Shown here in pieces: positions 9,338 through 22,300 of a DNA stretch of 32,000 nt (its first letter is position 1; each line of letters starts with the position of its first letter). The translations under genes were made by a program, and so were the position numbers. Origin of the DNA: an uncultured Clostridia bacterium (lineage in GTDB: Bacteria > Bacillota > Clostridia > TANB77 > RGIG9151); NCBI GenBank assembly GCA_934500865.1, contig CAKSUD010000007.1:6312-38311 (forward strand), given 5' to 3'. Below the pieces are notes generated by a model, which was not told the origin of the DNA, did no database searches, and saw only the letters and a program-made list of their open reading frames with translations.

Positions 9338-10453
9338 ATGAAAAAAATTATTATCGGAACAGCAATAGTTAGTGCATTAATGATGAATACTAGTATGGCT
9401 GTGTTTAGTGATGTGCCTGATACCCATTGGGCATATAATGCAATAGAGAAGATGCAAAATGATGGGATTTTAAGCGGATATGTAGACGGAACATTTAAGC
9501 CAAGCAACAATATAAGTTTGGCTGAATTTGCTACTATTTTTACGAAAATATTTGAATTGCCTAAAGATAATGTGTCTAATTATTTTACTGAGATTTCAAA
9601 AACACATTGGGCTAAAGACTCAATAGAGGCAATTCGTAAATATATTAATCCTTATTATGATTCGCTTGGAGAAACATTAGGGTTTGACGGTTATTCATAT
9701 ATGGAAGGAATAACCGGAGATTTAGAAATGACTAGAGAGGCATTTGTGTATGCTGTTTCTAAAATCTACGGATATGATGAAAGTGCATATGTACAGGGTG
9801 AAGAAAAAACACTTTTTGCTGATGCTGATGAAATCTTATTCCCAAAAGAAACAGTTTTAGCGTATAAGAACGGAGTTATAAATGGAGAAATTGTTGATGG
9901 TAAAACGTATATTCGACCTAGTCGCCATATAACAAGAGCTGAAGCATCAGCCATTTTTAGAAATTTACTTAAATATGATGCAAAAAGGGTTGAAAATGAG
10001 TATCAAGATAATGAGCTGGTTTCGGCTACAAATGGTTTGATGGATAGTTTTAAAAATGGTGATTTTGAAAAAGCAAAGAGTTTGATTTATGATACCGCAA
10101 ATGTTTTAGAAAATAAATATTTTACTGTTTCGGAAGAAGAACAAAAAATACTAAAGGAAATTACAAAGCAGTATTTTAAAAAGTTTGAGTATGAAGTTAC
10201 CGAAACGGGTTTTGATGGTTTTAATCATGGTTATGCAAAGCTAAAAATAAAAGGCTATGATATAAAAGAATTGCTTGATAATTGTATAAATAAGATTTCG
10301 ACTGATTTTAATGCTGACGACATTAATGGTATGCTAAAGGAACTAGTTGAGAACTTTTCTAAAGGAATAAAAAATAGAGAAATTAAAGTGACAGAATTTG
10401 AAGAAACATTTAATTTTGTTTATCAAGATGGAGAATGGAAGTTGAGTTTATAA
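9338..10453 (+). CDS. SLH-domain (S-layer homology) cell-wall-anchored protein
   Basis: Start MKKIIIGTAIVSALMMNTSMA (signal peptide) at ATG 9338 with AGGGAGG RBS at 9325-9331; the track's TTG 9311 start is rejected. There are three SLH-like segments: FSDVPDTHWAYNAIEKM...GTFKP, FTEISKTHWAKDSIEAI, and FADADEI...ITRAEASAIF. The C-terminal half was not recognised. Confidence 0.75.
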   Translation: MKKIIIGTAIVSALMMNTSMAVFSDVPDTHWAYNAIEKMQNDGILSGYVDGTFKPSNNISLAEFATIFTKIFELPKDNVSNYFTEISKTHWAKDSIEAIRKYINPYYDSLGETLGFDGYSYMEGITGDLEMTREAFVYAVSKIYGYDESAYVQGEEKTLFADADEILFPKETVLAYKNGVINGEIVDGKTYIRPSRHITRAEASAIFRNLLKYDAKRVENEYQDNELVSATNGLMDSFKNGDFEKAKSLIYDTANVLENKYFTVSEEEQKILKEITKQYFKKFEYEVTETGFDGFNHGYAKLKIKGYDIKELLDNCINKISTDFNADDINGMLKELVENFSKGIKNREIKVTEFEETFNFVYQDGEWKLSL

Positions 10454-11559
10454 TGAAAAAACTTGCAATTTATGTTCATATACCTTTTTGCAAGCAAAAG
10501 TGTAAATATTGTGATTTTACTTCATTTGCGAACTTAGAAAGCAGAGTTTCACAGTATGTTACAGCACTCTTAAAGGAGATAAGGGAATATAGTAGTGCTA
10601 AAAAGGGATATATTGTTACTTCGGTGTACTTTGGAGGAGGTACACCTTCTTTTATTGATGAGAATTTAATTGAGAAAATATACAATGAAATAAAAGATAA
10701 CTATGTTTTAAATGACGATATAGAGGTTACCATAGAAGCTAACCCTGGAACTATTAGCATCGAAAAACTAAAAAAATATCACGACATAGGATTTAATAGA
10801 ATTAGTTTTGGAGTTCAATCACTTTCAGATGAATTACTAAAGGAGATAGGCAGGGTACATACAGCAAGTGATGCTATTGAAGGATTTTATATGGCTAGAG
10901 ATGCAGGATTTACTAACATTAGTTTGGATTTAATGTTTGGACTGCCAAATCAAACATTAAGGGATGTTGAAGATACATTAGATGGGTTTATAAGACTTAA
11001 TCCGGAGCATATTTCAACATATTCGTTAAAAGTTGAAGAAAATACCGCCTTTGGGAAATTACAAAGCGAAGGAAAATTAACATTGCCAAGTGATGAAGTT
11101 GAGAGAGGTATGTATTATTTAATAAAAGAAAAGCTAAAAAATGCAGGATATGAGCATTACGAAATATCTAATTTCGGAAAAATTGGCTTTGAATCGAGAC
11201 ATAATACTGCATATTGGGAAAGACAAGCTTATTTAGGTTTTGGACTTGGGGCTTCTTCTTGTTTTAATGAAGTTAGATTTAAAAATACTGATGATTTTGA
11301 TAAATATATAAATGATTTTAAGAAAAATATTGAAGACAGTGAAGTTTTAAGCGAGGAAGTTATTAATTCGGAAAAGATAATTTTAGGGCTTAGGATGTTA
11401 AAAGGAATAAGTAAAGAATACCTTGTTTATGATAGATGGAGGGCATCAGCCAAAAAGCTTATTAATTTAGGATTACTTGAGGAAAAGGGTGAAATCCTAC
11501 GGCTTACTGATAGGGGACTGGATTTAGCTAATCAGGTTTTTGTTGAATTTATTGAATAG
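10453..11559 (+). CDS. hemW: Radical-SAM heme chaperone HemW (HemN-like, oxygen-independent coproporphyrinogen-III-oxidase family)
   Basis: MKKLAIYVHIPFCKQKCKYCDF carries the CxxxCxxC radical-SAM motif. GGGTPS and the C-terminal HemN_C-like region are present. The ATG at 10453 overlaps the SLH gene stop (TAATG). The track's upstream start at 10435 is rejected. Confidence 0.85.
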   Translation: MKKLAIYVHIPFCKQKCKYCDFTSFANLESRVSQYVTALLKEIREYSSAKKGYIVTSVYFGGGTPSFIDENLIEKIYNEIKDNYVLNDDIEVTIEANPGTISIEKLKKYHDIGFNRISFGVQSLSDELLKEIGRVHTASDAIEGFYMARDAGFTNISLDLMFGLPNQTLRDVEDTLDGFIRLNPEHISTYSLKVEENTAFGKLQSEGKLTLPSDEVERGMYYLIKEKLKNAGYEHYEISNFGKIGFESRHNTAYWERQAYLGFGLGASSCFNEVRFKNTDDFDKYINDFKKNIEDSEVLSEEVINSEKIILGLRMLKGISKEYLVYDRWRASAKKLINLGLLEEKGEILRLTDRGLDLANQVFVEFIE

Positions 11560-11594
11560 TGAGCATAAGAGTTTAATGGAGGGGGAGATAATAT

Positions 11595-11981
11595 ATGGGA
11601 AATAGTCCTCTTATAATTGATTGGATAAATAAAGCCGAAACAGATATGAAGTGTGCTAAAATTTTGTTTGAACATGATGGTGGGAACGATGCTGTTACTT
11701 TTCACTGCCAACAAGCAATAGAAAAGGCTTTGAAGGCAATTATATTATATTTGTTTTCTACATTGGAATCAGGACATAGCTTGTTGTACTTATGCAAAAA
11801 AGTTATAACTAAGTTGCCACAGTTCTCTACATATTTGGAGGGGTGTATTTTTGTAAATCAATATTATATAGAGACTAGATACCCTAATGAAAACCCTGTA
11901 ACAGTATCTAATGAAGAAGCTATGCAATGTCTTAAATATGCTGAAAATGTTCTATGTGCAGTTAAAGCAAATATTGAATAA
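11595..11981 (+). CDS. HEPN-domain protein (PF05168-like), with no adjacent nucleotidyltransferase partner
   Basis: 128 aa with a GGAGGGGGAG RBS. The pattern A..D...A..L.......A.F.CQQAIEKALKAI...GHSL..L......YYIETRYP....V..EEA matches the classical HEPN helical bundle. Confidence 0.7.
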   Translation: MGNSPLIIDWINKAETDMKCAKILFEHDGGNDAVTFHCQQAIEKALKAIILYLFSTLESGHSLLYLCKKVITKLPQFSTYLEGCIFVNQYYIETRYPNENPVTVSNEEAMQCLKYAENVLCAVKANIE

Positions 11982-12010
11982 AAAAAGTGGACTAAAGTCC
12001 ACTTTTTTTA
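11980..12010. terminator. Bidirectional rho-independent terminator between the convergent genes
   Basis: A-run, stem AGTGGAC (11986-11992) paired with GTCCACT (11997-12003), loop TAAA, then a T7 run. It serves both the HEPN gene (+) and the 12008-12904 gene (-). Confidence 0.8.
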
Positions 12011-12904
12011 TACTAAGCAATCTCCATACCTAAAAATTACGTTTTGTTTTAATGTTCCCAATGAAGTTTTTGTTTCTGTGACCATTTTTTCTATATATAA
12101 ATTAATTACATTTACATATAATTTTCCGTATGACAGTTTCCCTGATTTTGCTGGGAAATAGCCTTCATATACATAGTAATTTTCACTTGACAACTTATTA
12201 TTTAAATTCATTCCACAAGATAATGTGGATAAATAATTTATTTCTTCTAGTGTTGTACTGCTAGTCAGCTTAATTGCGGATTCGTGCCATGTGTTATTTA
12301 GTATGTTTTTTTCCATTATCTGATTTTTTCTTGTGTCTATATAAATGGAATTCCCAAAAGATACATTGTTTATTTCGTTTATAATGTCTATTTGTACATC
12401 ATATACATTGGAGATGATACTATTTAATCCAGAAAAAAAGGCATTTGTTTCAAAATAATCTTTAGCATTTTTTATGAATATAGTTTTTGAACTTTCATCC
12501 CAAATGGTAAAGTAGTCTAAAAATTCATTTAGTGTCCTAATTGGGATATATGTTTGGTTTTTATATAATACAGGAGCACATGGAATAAGGATTTCTAAAT
12601 TATTTATTTTTGCAACATTTGAATTGATTTTAAATATTAGTTCTTTATCCTCATAGATTATTTTTACGACTTGCTTGGTTTTATCCCATGAAAGATTATC
12701 TAGTGGGAGTGAAAGTTTTTCACACATTTCTTTGAGTGGGAATAATATGTTGGAGTCTGAGATTATTATTGGCGAAGATAGAGATACTTTTTCTGAGTTT
12801 ATTACAAGGTTTATGTTATTATTTTCGATATAATCTAGGTTGTTTGCTGAGCTTGTACATAAAAACGGAATTATAGTTATGAATAAAATAATCAATTTTT
12901 TCAT
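12008..12904 (-). CDS. Secreted protein with a copper-amine-oxidase N-terminal-like (stalk) domain
   Basis: The likely start is MKKLIILFITIIPFLCTSSA (signal peptide) at 12904, with an AAGGA RBS. The stalk-domain pattern is present: INSEKVSL..PIII.D.NILFPLKEMCEKL......W...K..V.I, then ...YKNQTYIPIRTLNEFL. The C-terminal half was not recognised. Confidence 0.6.
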   Translation of the reverse strand: MKKLIILFITIIPFLCTSSANNLDYIENNNINLVINSEKVSLSSPIIISDSNILFPLKEMCEKLSLPLDNLSWDKTKQVVKIIYEDKELIFKINSNVAKINNLEILIPCAPVLYKNQTYIPIRTLNEFLDYFTIWDESSKTIFIKNAKDYFETNAFFSGLNSIISNVYDVQIDIINEINNVSFGNSIYIDTRKNQIMEKNILNNTWHESAIKLTSSTTLEEINYLSTLSCGMNLNNKLSSENYYVYEGYFPAKSGKLSYGKLYVNVINLYIEKMVTETKTSLGTLKQNVIFRYGDCLV

Positions 12905-13077
12905 TTGTAAATCATCCTTTCTGTATAATAAATATATGCAAAAAGGAATTTTATAGAACAAAAAGTAAATAACAATTTAAATGTTAGAAAAATATTGTAA
13001 TTTCTAGTATTTTAAAGAATATAAGAGAAAGGGCAACCAAAATTAATGTAAATCGTATTTTTGAATAATTTGTGCAA

Positions 13078-13106
13078 TTGAAGAATAGTTTGTTTAGTGA
13101 TTAAAT
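13078..13106 (+). promoter_or_regulatory. Candidate groESL promoter
   Basis: TTGAAG (13078-13083), 17-nt spacer, TGA-TTAAAT (extended -10, 13098-13106). This would place the transcription start at the edge of the CIRCE element, the usual arrangement for HrcA-controlled promoters. The -10 is weak, and other hexamer pairs are also possible. Confidence 0.35.
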
Positions 13107-13111
13107 AACAA

Positions 13112-13138
13112 TTAGCAATCGAGATAACAGAGTGCTAA
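13112..13138 (+). promoter_or_regulatory. CIRCE operator (HrcA binding site)
   Basis: TTAGCAATC-N9-GAGTGCTAA compared with the consensus TTAGCACTC-N9-GAGTGCTAA: one mismatch in the left arm. It lies 36 nt upstream of groES. Confidence 0.9.
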
Positions 13139-13167
13139 TGAATAGAAAATATTTTGAAAGGGGATAG

Positions 13168-13458
<291 letters not shown>

Positions 13459-13476
13459 TTAAAAGACGTTTTATAA

Positions 13477-15135
<1,659 letters not shown>

Positions 15136-15148
15136 TAAGAGATAAAAA

Positions 15149-15184
15149 ATGGCTACAGCCTTAAGTGGGCTGTAGCCATTTTTT
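15149..15184 (+). terminator. Rho-independent terminator of groESL
   Basis: Perfect 12-bp stem ATGGCTACAGCC (15149-15160) paired with GGCTGTAGCCAT (15168-15179), 7-nt loop, T-run. Confidence 0.9.
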
Positions 15185-15241
15185 ATGCATGTCACTTAAA
15201 AAGACCCGTCCCTTTTGGGTAAAAAAATATCGAGGAAATTA

Positions 15242-15270
15242 TTGACAAGCATCTGAAACGGTGATAAAAT
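15242..15270 (+). promoter_or_regulatory. Near-consensus sigma-A promoter for rpoBC
   Basis: TTGACA (15242-15247), exactly 17-nt spacer, TAAAAT (15265-15270), with a TGn extended -10 (TGA at 15262-15264). This gives a ~260-270-nt 5' leader before the rpoB ATG. Confidence 0.7.
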
Positions 15271-15538
15271 TATAAAATGTATGAGTTTATGTGCAGACAT
15301 ACGTAAACAGTTCTTCATTTCGCAAGAGCAGGAATCCTGCTGCCAAATGGTAGACATTTGATATTGCACTTAGAAGGAATGATTTTATATTGTTTATTGT
15401 TAGTTTTGCTAAGAAATAAATAATTATTTAAGGAACAAGGATTACTTGGTCCTTATTGTCGTTCTTAAAATTACAAAATGCAACTAAAGATAACGTGCTA
15501 ATAGAGTAGTATTTGAATTTTATAGGAGGGGTAAAAAA

Positions 15539-18500
15539 ATGCATGAAATTAAACTGGGTAAAAACAAGAGAATGTCTTTTTCTAGAATTCCTGAAAAATT
15601 AGAATTACCTAATTTGATTGAAGTACAGAAAGATTCGTACGAGTGGTTTGTACGAGAAGGACTTAGAGAAGTATTTAGGGATATTTCTCCAATTACTGAT
15701 TATACGGGAGGACTAATTTTAGAGTTTTTAGATTATTCTCTAAAGGATGACCCAAAGTATACTATTGCGGAATGTAAGGAAAGAGACGCTACATATGCAG
15801 CTCCTCTTAGAGTTAAGATAAGACTTATTAATAAGGAGACCGGCGAAGTTAAAGAACAAGAAATCTTTATGGGAGATTTCCCTCTTATGACTGATAGTGG
15901 TACATTCATAATAAACGGAGCAGAGCGTGTTGTTGTAAGCCAATTAGTACGTTCTCCTGGTGTTTACTATGGAATGAAATATGATAAATTCGGTAAGAAA
16001 TTATTTGATACAACTGTAATTCCTAACCGTGGTGCATGGATTGAATATGAGACAGACTCTCAAGACATTTTCTATGCAAAAATAGATAGGACAAGAAAGC
16101 TTCCTGTTACAAGCTTACTTAGAGCTTTAGGTATTGTAACTGATGCCGAAATGCTTGAATTATTTGATAATGATGAAAAGATTTTAGCTACATTACAAAA
16201 AGATCCTGTAAAGACACAAGATGAAGCTTTAATAGAGTTATATAAGAGACTTCGTCCTGGCGATTTACCTACAGTAGATAGTGCTAGAAACTTACTTGAA
16301 GCTATGTTCTTTGACCCTAGAAGATATGAAATGGCTAGAGTTGGTAGATACAAATACAACAAAAAGTTATCTATTGCTACAAGAATTATGAAACATGTTG
16401 CTGCTGAAGATATTAAAAATGATGAGCAAGTGTTTGTAAAAGCCGGAGAAATTATTAACAGAGAAACAGCTTTTGAAATTCAAAATGCTGGTATTAACGT
16501 TGTATACCTTGATGTTGAAGGTAAGAAGGTTAAGGTTATCGGTAACAATACTGTTGATATTTCTAAATACGTAGATATTGATTTAAGTGAATTAGGAGTT
16601 AAGGGCTTTGTTAACTATACTATTTTAATGAATATTTTAGCTAATAATCCTAAGAAAGAAGATTTAATTGAAGCTATCAAGGAAAATCGTACAGCTTTAT
16701 CTGCTCCTACAATCACAATGGATGATATTATTGCTACAATTAGCTATTGCTTAAACCTTGAACATGGTTTAGGAAATACTGATGATATCGACCACTTAGG
16801 AAATAGAAGAATAAGAGCTGTTGGTGAATTACTTCAAAATCAATTCAGAATTGGTTTATCCAGAATGGAAAGGGTTATTCGTGAAAGAATGACAATTCAA
16901 GATATGGATATTGTTACACCACAAGCTTTAGTAAATATAAGACCTGTTTCAGCTGCGATTAAGGAATTCTTCGGAAGTTCTCAATTATCACAGTTCATGG
17001 ATCAAAACAACCCTCTTGCAGAACTTACTCATAAGAGAAGATTAAGTGCATTAGGCCCTGGTGGATTAAGCCGTGATAGAGCAGGATTCGAAGTTCGTGA
17101 TATCCACTATTCTCACTATGGAAGAATGTGTCCTATTGAAACTCCAGAAGGTCCTAACATCGGACTTATCGGTTCACTTTCTTCTTATGCAAGAATTAAT
17201 GAATATGGATTTATTGAAACTCCATACAGACTTGTTAAAGATGGTGTAGTTACTGATGATATTGAATATATGGCTGCTGATGAAGAAGATGGATATATTC
17301 TAGCTACTGCAACAGAACCATTAGACGAAAATAATAGATTTGTAAACCCTAAAACTAAAGTTAGATATAAGGCTGAAATCTTGGAAGTGGAAAGCAACAA
17401 GATTGAATTAGTAGATGTTTCTCCTAGACAACTTGTTTCTGTTGCTACTGCAATGATTCCTTTCCTAGAAAACGATGATGCTAACCGTGCTCTAATGGGT
17501 GCAAACATGCAACGTCAAGCAGTGCCTTTACTTAAAACAGATTCTCCAATCGTTGGTACTGGTATGGAATACCGTGCTGCAAAGGATTCAGGAGTTTGTA
17601 TCTGTGCTAAAAATGAAGGTATTGTTGAAAAGGTTACAGCTGACAATATCGTAATTAAGAAAAAAGATGGCAACTTTGATGAATATAAATTAGTTAAGTT
17701 CAAACGTTCAAACCAAGGTACTTGTATCAACCAAAGACCTATTGTTGAAAAGGGAGAACATGTTGGTAAAGGCGATGTTATCGCAGATGGACCTTCAACA
17801 GATAACGGAGAACTTGCGTTAGGAAAGAACATCTTAATCGGATTTATGACTTGGGAAGGTTATAACTACGAAGATGCTATTCTAATTAGTGAAAGATTAG
17901 TTAAAGACGATGTTTTAACATCTATTCATATTGAAGAATATGAATCTGAATCAAGAGATACAAAATTAGGACCTGAAGAAATAACAAGAGATATTCCAAA
18001 TGTTGGTGAAGATGCATTAAAAGATTTGGATGATCGCGGTATTATTCGTATCGGTGCTGAGGTTCACTCAGGCGATATCCTAGTTGGTAAGGTTACTCCT
18101 AAGGGAGAAACAGAGCTTACAGCTGAAGAAAGATTGCTTCGTGCAATTTTCGGTGAAAAAGCTCGTGAAGTTAGAGATACATCACTAAGAGTTCCACATG
18201 GTGAAGCCGGAATAATCGTTGATGTGAAGATATTTACAAGAGAAAACGGCGATGAAATGACTCCTGGTGTAAATGAAATTGTTAGAGTTTATATAGCTCA
18301 AAAGAGAAAGATTTCTGTCGGAGATAAAATGGCAGGACGTCACGGTAACAAGGGTGTTATTTCAAGAGTACTTCCTGAAGAAGATATGCCGTTCTTACCT
18401 GATGGTACACCGCTTCAAATTGTGTTAAACCCTCTAGGCGTACCAAGCCGTATGAATATCGGACAGGTGCTAGAAGTTCACTTGGGTTATGCTGCTAAAG

Positions 18501-19273
18501 CTTTAGGCTTTAAGATTGCAACTCCTGTATTTGATGGTGCTCGTGAAGGTGATATTTGGGATGCATTAAAACAAGCAGGATTAAATGAAGATGGTAAATC
18601 TATATTATACGATGGAAGAACTGGTGAGCCGTTTGATAGACCGGTTACAGTCGGATATATGTATATGTTAAAACTACATCACTTAGTAGATGATAAGATT
18701 CATGCTCGTTCTACTGGACCTTATTCTTTAGTTACACAACAACCTCTTGGTGGTAAAGCACAATTTGGTGGACAGAGATTCGGAGAGATGGAAGTTTGGG
18801 CTCTAGAAGCTTATGGTGCTGCTTATACACTTCAAGAAATCTTGACTGTAAAATCTGATGACGTTGTTGGACGTGTTAAGACATATGAATCTATTGTTAA
18901 GGGCGAAAATGTTCCTGAAGCCGGTATTCCTGAATCATTTAGGGTATTAGTTAAGGAATTACAAAGCTTAGGTCTTGATGTTAAGGTATATTCTAAAGAC
19001 AACGAAGAAGTTGCATTAAAAGAATATGTTGAAGATGAAATTGATGAAGAATTACCTGTTAACATTGAAGGTACAGAAGATTTACAGTTTGTTCGTCATT
19101 ATGATGAGCCTATGGATGATGTTATTATAGAAGACGCTGAAGACGATGATTTTGAAGATGAAGAAAGCGATGAAATCGATGACGATGTAGAAGAATTCGA
19201 TTTTGATGATAATGTTGTTGAGGATGATGAGCTCGGCGGAGAAGATTTAGACAATTTTGATGATGAAGAGTAA
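15539..19273 (+). CDS. rpoB: DNA-directed RNA polymerase beta subunit
   Basis: 1244 aa with AGGAGGGG RBS. Conserved beta blocks are present throughout ([64 protein letters not shown]). It has an acidic C-terminal tail. Confidence 0.99.
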   Translation: MHEIKLGKNKRMSFSRIPEKLELPNLIEVQKDSYEWFVREGLREVFRDISPITDYTGGLILEFLDYSLKDDPKYTIAECKERDATYAAPLRVKIRLINKETGEVKEQEIFMGDFPLMTDSGTFIINGAERVVVSQLVRSPGVYYGMKYDKFGKKLFDTTVIPNRGAWIEYETDSQDIFYAKIDRTRKLPVTSLLRALGIVTDAEMLELFDNDEKILATLQKDPVKTQDEALIELYKRLRPGDLPTVDSARNLLEAMFFDPRRYEMARVGRYKYNKKLSIATRIMKHVAAEDIKNDEQVFVKAGEIINRETAFEIQNAGINVVYLDVEGKKVKVIGNNTVDISKYVDIDLSELGVKGFVNYTILMNILANNPKKEDLIEAIKENRTALSAPTITMDDIIATISYCLNLEHGLGNTDDIDHLGNRRIRAVGELLQNQFRIGLSRMERVIRERMTIQDMDIVTPQALVNIRPVSAAIKEFFGSSQLSQFMDQNNPLAELTHKRRLSALGPGGLSRDRAGFEVRDIHYSHYGRMCPIETPEGPNIGLIGSLSSYARINEYGFIETPYRLVKDGVVTDDIEYMAADEEDGYILATATEPLDENNRFVNPKTKVRYKAEILEVESNKIELVDVSPRQLVSVATAMIPFLENDDANRALMGANMQRQAVPLLKTDSPIVGTGMEYRAAKDSGVCICAKNEGIVEKVTADNIVIKKKDGNFDEYKLVKFKRSNQGTCINQRPIVEKGEHVGKGDVIADGPSTDNGELALGKNILIGFMTWEGYNYEDAILISERLVKDDVLTSIHIEEYESESRDTKLGPEEITRDIPNVGEDALKDLDDRGIIRIGAEVHSGDILVGKVTPKGETELTAEERLLRAIFGEKAREVRDTSLRVPHGEAGIIVDVKIFTRENGDEMTPGVNEIVRVYIAQKRKISVGDKMAGRHGNKGVISRVLPEEDMPFLPDGTPLQIVLNPLGVPSRMNIGQVLEVHLGYAAKALGFKIATPVFDGAREGDIWDALKQAGLNEDGKSILYDGRTGEPFDRPVTVGYMYMLKLHHLVDDKIHARSTGPYSLVTQQPLGGKAQFGGQRFGEMEVWALEAYGAAYTLQEILTVKSDDVVGRVKTYESIVKGENVPEAGIPESFRVLVKELQSLGLDVKVYSKDNEEVALKEYVEDEIDEELPVNIEGTEDLQFVRHYDEPMDDVIIEDAEDDDFEDEESDEIDDDVEEFDFDDNVVEDDELGGEDLDNFDDEE

Positions 19274-19305
19274 ATAAAATGTATCACTATGAGAGGAGTA
19301 AAAAG

Positions 19306-22300
19306 ATGTTTGAACTAAATAATTTTGATAGTATTAAAATTAGTCTTGCTTCACCGGAGAAAATCAGAGAATGGTCAAAAGGTGAAGTTAAGAAACCTGA
19401 AACTATTAATTATAGAACATTAAAGCCAGAACGTGATGGCTTGTTCTGTGAAAAGATTTTTGGACCTCAAAAAGACTGGGAATGTCATTGTGGAAAATAC
19501 AAGAGAGTAAGATATAAAGGTATTGTCTGCGACAGATGTGGTGTTGAGGTTACTAAATCTAAAGTTAGACGTGAAAGAATGGGACATATTGAACTTGCGG
19601 CTCCTGTTTCACATATATGGTATTTTAAAGGAATTCCAAGTCGTATGGGACTTATATTAGACCTTTCTCCAAGAGCATTGGAGAAAGTCCTATACTTTGC
19701 TTCATATATCGTTATGGATGCTGGTACAACAGCATTAATGAAGAAGCAAATTTTGACTGAAAAAGAGTATGCAGAAGCAAAAGAACAATATGGCGCAAAT
19801 GCATTTAGAGTTGGTATCGGTGCTGAAGCTATTCGTGAATTATTAAAAGAAATAGATCTAGAGTCTCTAGCTAAAGAATTAAGAGAAGAAATGAATTCTT
19901 CTTCCGGTCAAAAGAAAGTAAAGATTATTAAGAGACTTGAAGCTGTTGACTCATTTAGATTATCAGGAAACAGACCTGAATGGATGATTTTAGATGTTGT
20001 TCCTGTTATTCCACCAGATTTAAGACCTATGGTTCAATTAGATGGCGGTAGATTTGCAACATCTGACTTAAACGATTTGTACAGAAGAGTTATCAACAGA
20101 AACAATCGTTTAAAGAGATTGCTTGATTTAGGAGCACCTGAAATAATCGTTAGAAACGAAAAGAGAATGTTACAAGAAGCAGTAGATGCTTTAATAGATA
20201 ATGGTCGTCGTGGTCGTCCTGTTACAGGCCCTGGAAACCGTCCATTAAAGTCATTATCTGACTTATTAAAAGGTAAACAAGGTCGTTTTAGACAAAACTT
20301 ACTAGGTAAACGTGTTGACTACTCTGGACGTTCTGTTATCGTTGTAGGACCAGAACTTAAGATTTATCAATGTGGTGTGCCTCGTGAAATGGCTATTGAA
20401 TTATTTAAGCCATTTGTAATGAAAAAGTTAGTTGAAAACGGAATGGCTCATAATATTAAGAGTGCTAAGAGAATGGTTGAACGTGTTAAACCAGAAGTAT
20501 GGGATATATTAGAGGAAGTTATTAAGGAACATCCTGTAATGTTAAACCGTGCTCCAACACTTCACAGGTTAGGTATCCAAGCATTCGAACCTGTATTAGT
20601 AGAAGGTAGAGCATTAAAACTTCATCCACTAGTTTGTACAGCATTCAATGCCGACTTTGATGGTGACCAGATGGCTATTCACCTTCCACTATCAGCAGAA
20701 GCTCAAGCTGAAACAAGATTTTTAATGTTATCTGCTAACAACTTGTTAAAACCTCAAGATGGTAAGCCGGTTACAGTTCCTACACAGGACATGGTATTAG
20801 GTAGTTATTACTTGACATATGAAACAGGTATGAATGATGAAAGAGTTCCATCATACTTATTAGATGTTCCGGAAGATGAAAGATATGCAAAAGATGCAGA
20901 CGGAAACTTTGTATTAGATGCTGAAGGCAAAAAGAGATTACTTCTAAAAGCATTTAGTGATAAAGATGAAGCTTTTGAAGCATATTCTGTTAATGCTATA
21001 AAGTTACAAGATCCAATCTTAGTAAGATCTACTAAGGAAATAGATGGAGTAAAGAAATCTAGAGTTATTAAGACAACAATGGGTAAGATTATATTCAATG
21101 AATCTATTCCACAAGACATTGGATTTGTAGACAGAAGCATTCCTGGAAACGAATTTAAGATGGAAGTTGATTTCTTAGTAACTAAGAAAGAATTAGGAAA
21201 GATTATTGATAAATGTATTAGAAAGTATGGCTTTACAATTTCTGCTGATGTAGTAGATAAAATTAAGGCTACTGGTTATAAGTATTCTACACGTAGTGGT
21301 ATTACAGTTGGTGTTGCAGATATGCAAATCCCAGGTGTAAAGGAACAACGTATTAAGGAAGCTGAAGCTAAGGTAGAAACTATTACAAAGCAATATCAAA
21401 GAGGATTACTTTCTAATGAAGACAGAAGAAATTCTGTTATTACAATTTGGGAAGATACAACAAAGGTTATTACACAAGACTTGATGGATGGACTAGATAG
21501 ATTAAATCCAGTTTACATGATGGCTCACTCTGGTGCGCGTGGTAATGTAAACCAGATTAGACAACTTGCCGGTATTCGTGGACTTATGGCGGATACATCA
21601 GGTAAAACAGTTGAAATCCCTATTAAGTCAAACCTAAAAGAAGGACTTGACGTTTTGGAATACTTCATTTCATCACACGGTTCTAGAAAAGGTCTTGCCG
21701 ATACAGCTCTTCGTACAGCGGACTCTGGTTACTTAACAAGACGTCTTGTTGATGTCAGCCAAGATGTTATTATTCGTGAAGAAGATTGTGGAACTAAGAA
21801 AGGTATTTGGGTTGAAGACGTTACTGAAGGTAAAGAAGTTATCGAACCACTTTCTGAAAGACTTGTTGGTAGAACTGCAATTGGTGATGTAGTAAATCCT
21901 GAAACAAACGAAGTAATTGTAAAAGATGATACATTAATTACCGAAACTCAAGCTAAGGCTATTGAGAAAGCAGGAATTAAGAAAGTATATATTCGTTCAA
22001 CACTTACTTGTCGTTCAAGACATGGTATTTGTGCAAAATGTTATGGTACGAACTTGGCAACAGGTAAACCTATCAATATTGGTGAAGCAGTTGGTATTAT
22101 TGCTGCTCAATCTATCGGTGAACCTGGTACACAGCTTACAATGAGAACGTTCCATACAGGTGGTGTCGCTGCTGCCGGCGGTGATATTACACACGGTTTA
22201 CCACGTGTTGAGGAAATTTTTGAAGCTAGAAAGCCAAAGGGACTTGCTGTTATTACTGAAATTAAAGGTAATGTTACAGTTAGTGATAACAAGAAGAAAC

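Noticed and set aside
15278-15307. 9-codon uORF (MYEFMCRHT) in the rpoB leader
   Set aside because: It has no RBS and is too short to evaluate. It begins immediately after the predicted TSS and is mentioned only for completeness.
19063-19273. Highly acidic ~65-aa C-terminal tail of RpoB (and its antisense poly-Ser ORF 19099-19287) as a novel appendage
   Set aside because: As I recall, B. subtilis and other Firmicute beta subunits also end in D/E-rich tails, so this is probably a lineage-typical feature. The antisense ORF is only the mirror of GAT/GAA repeats.
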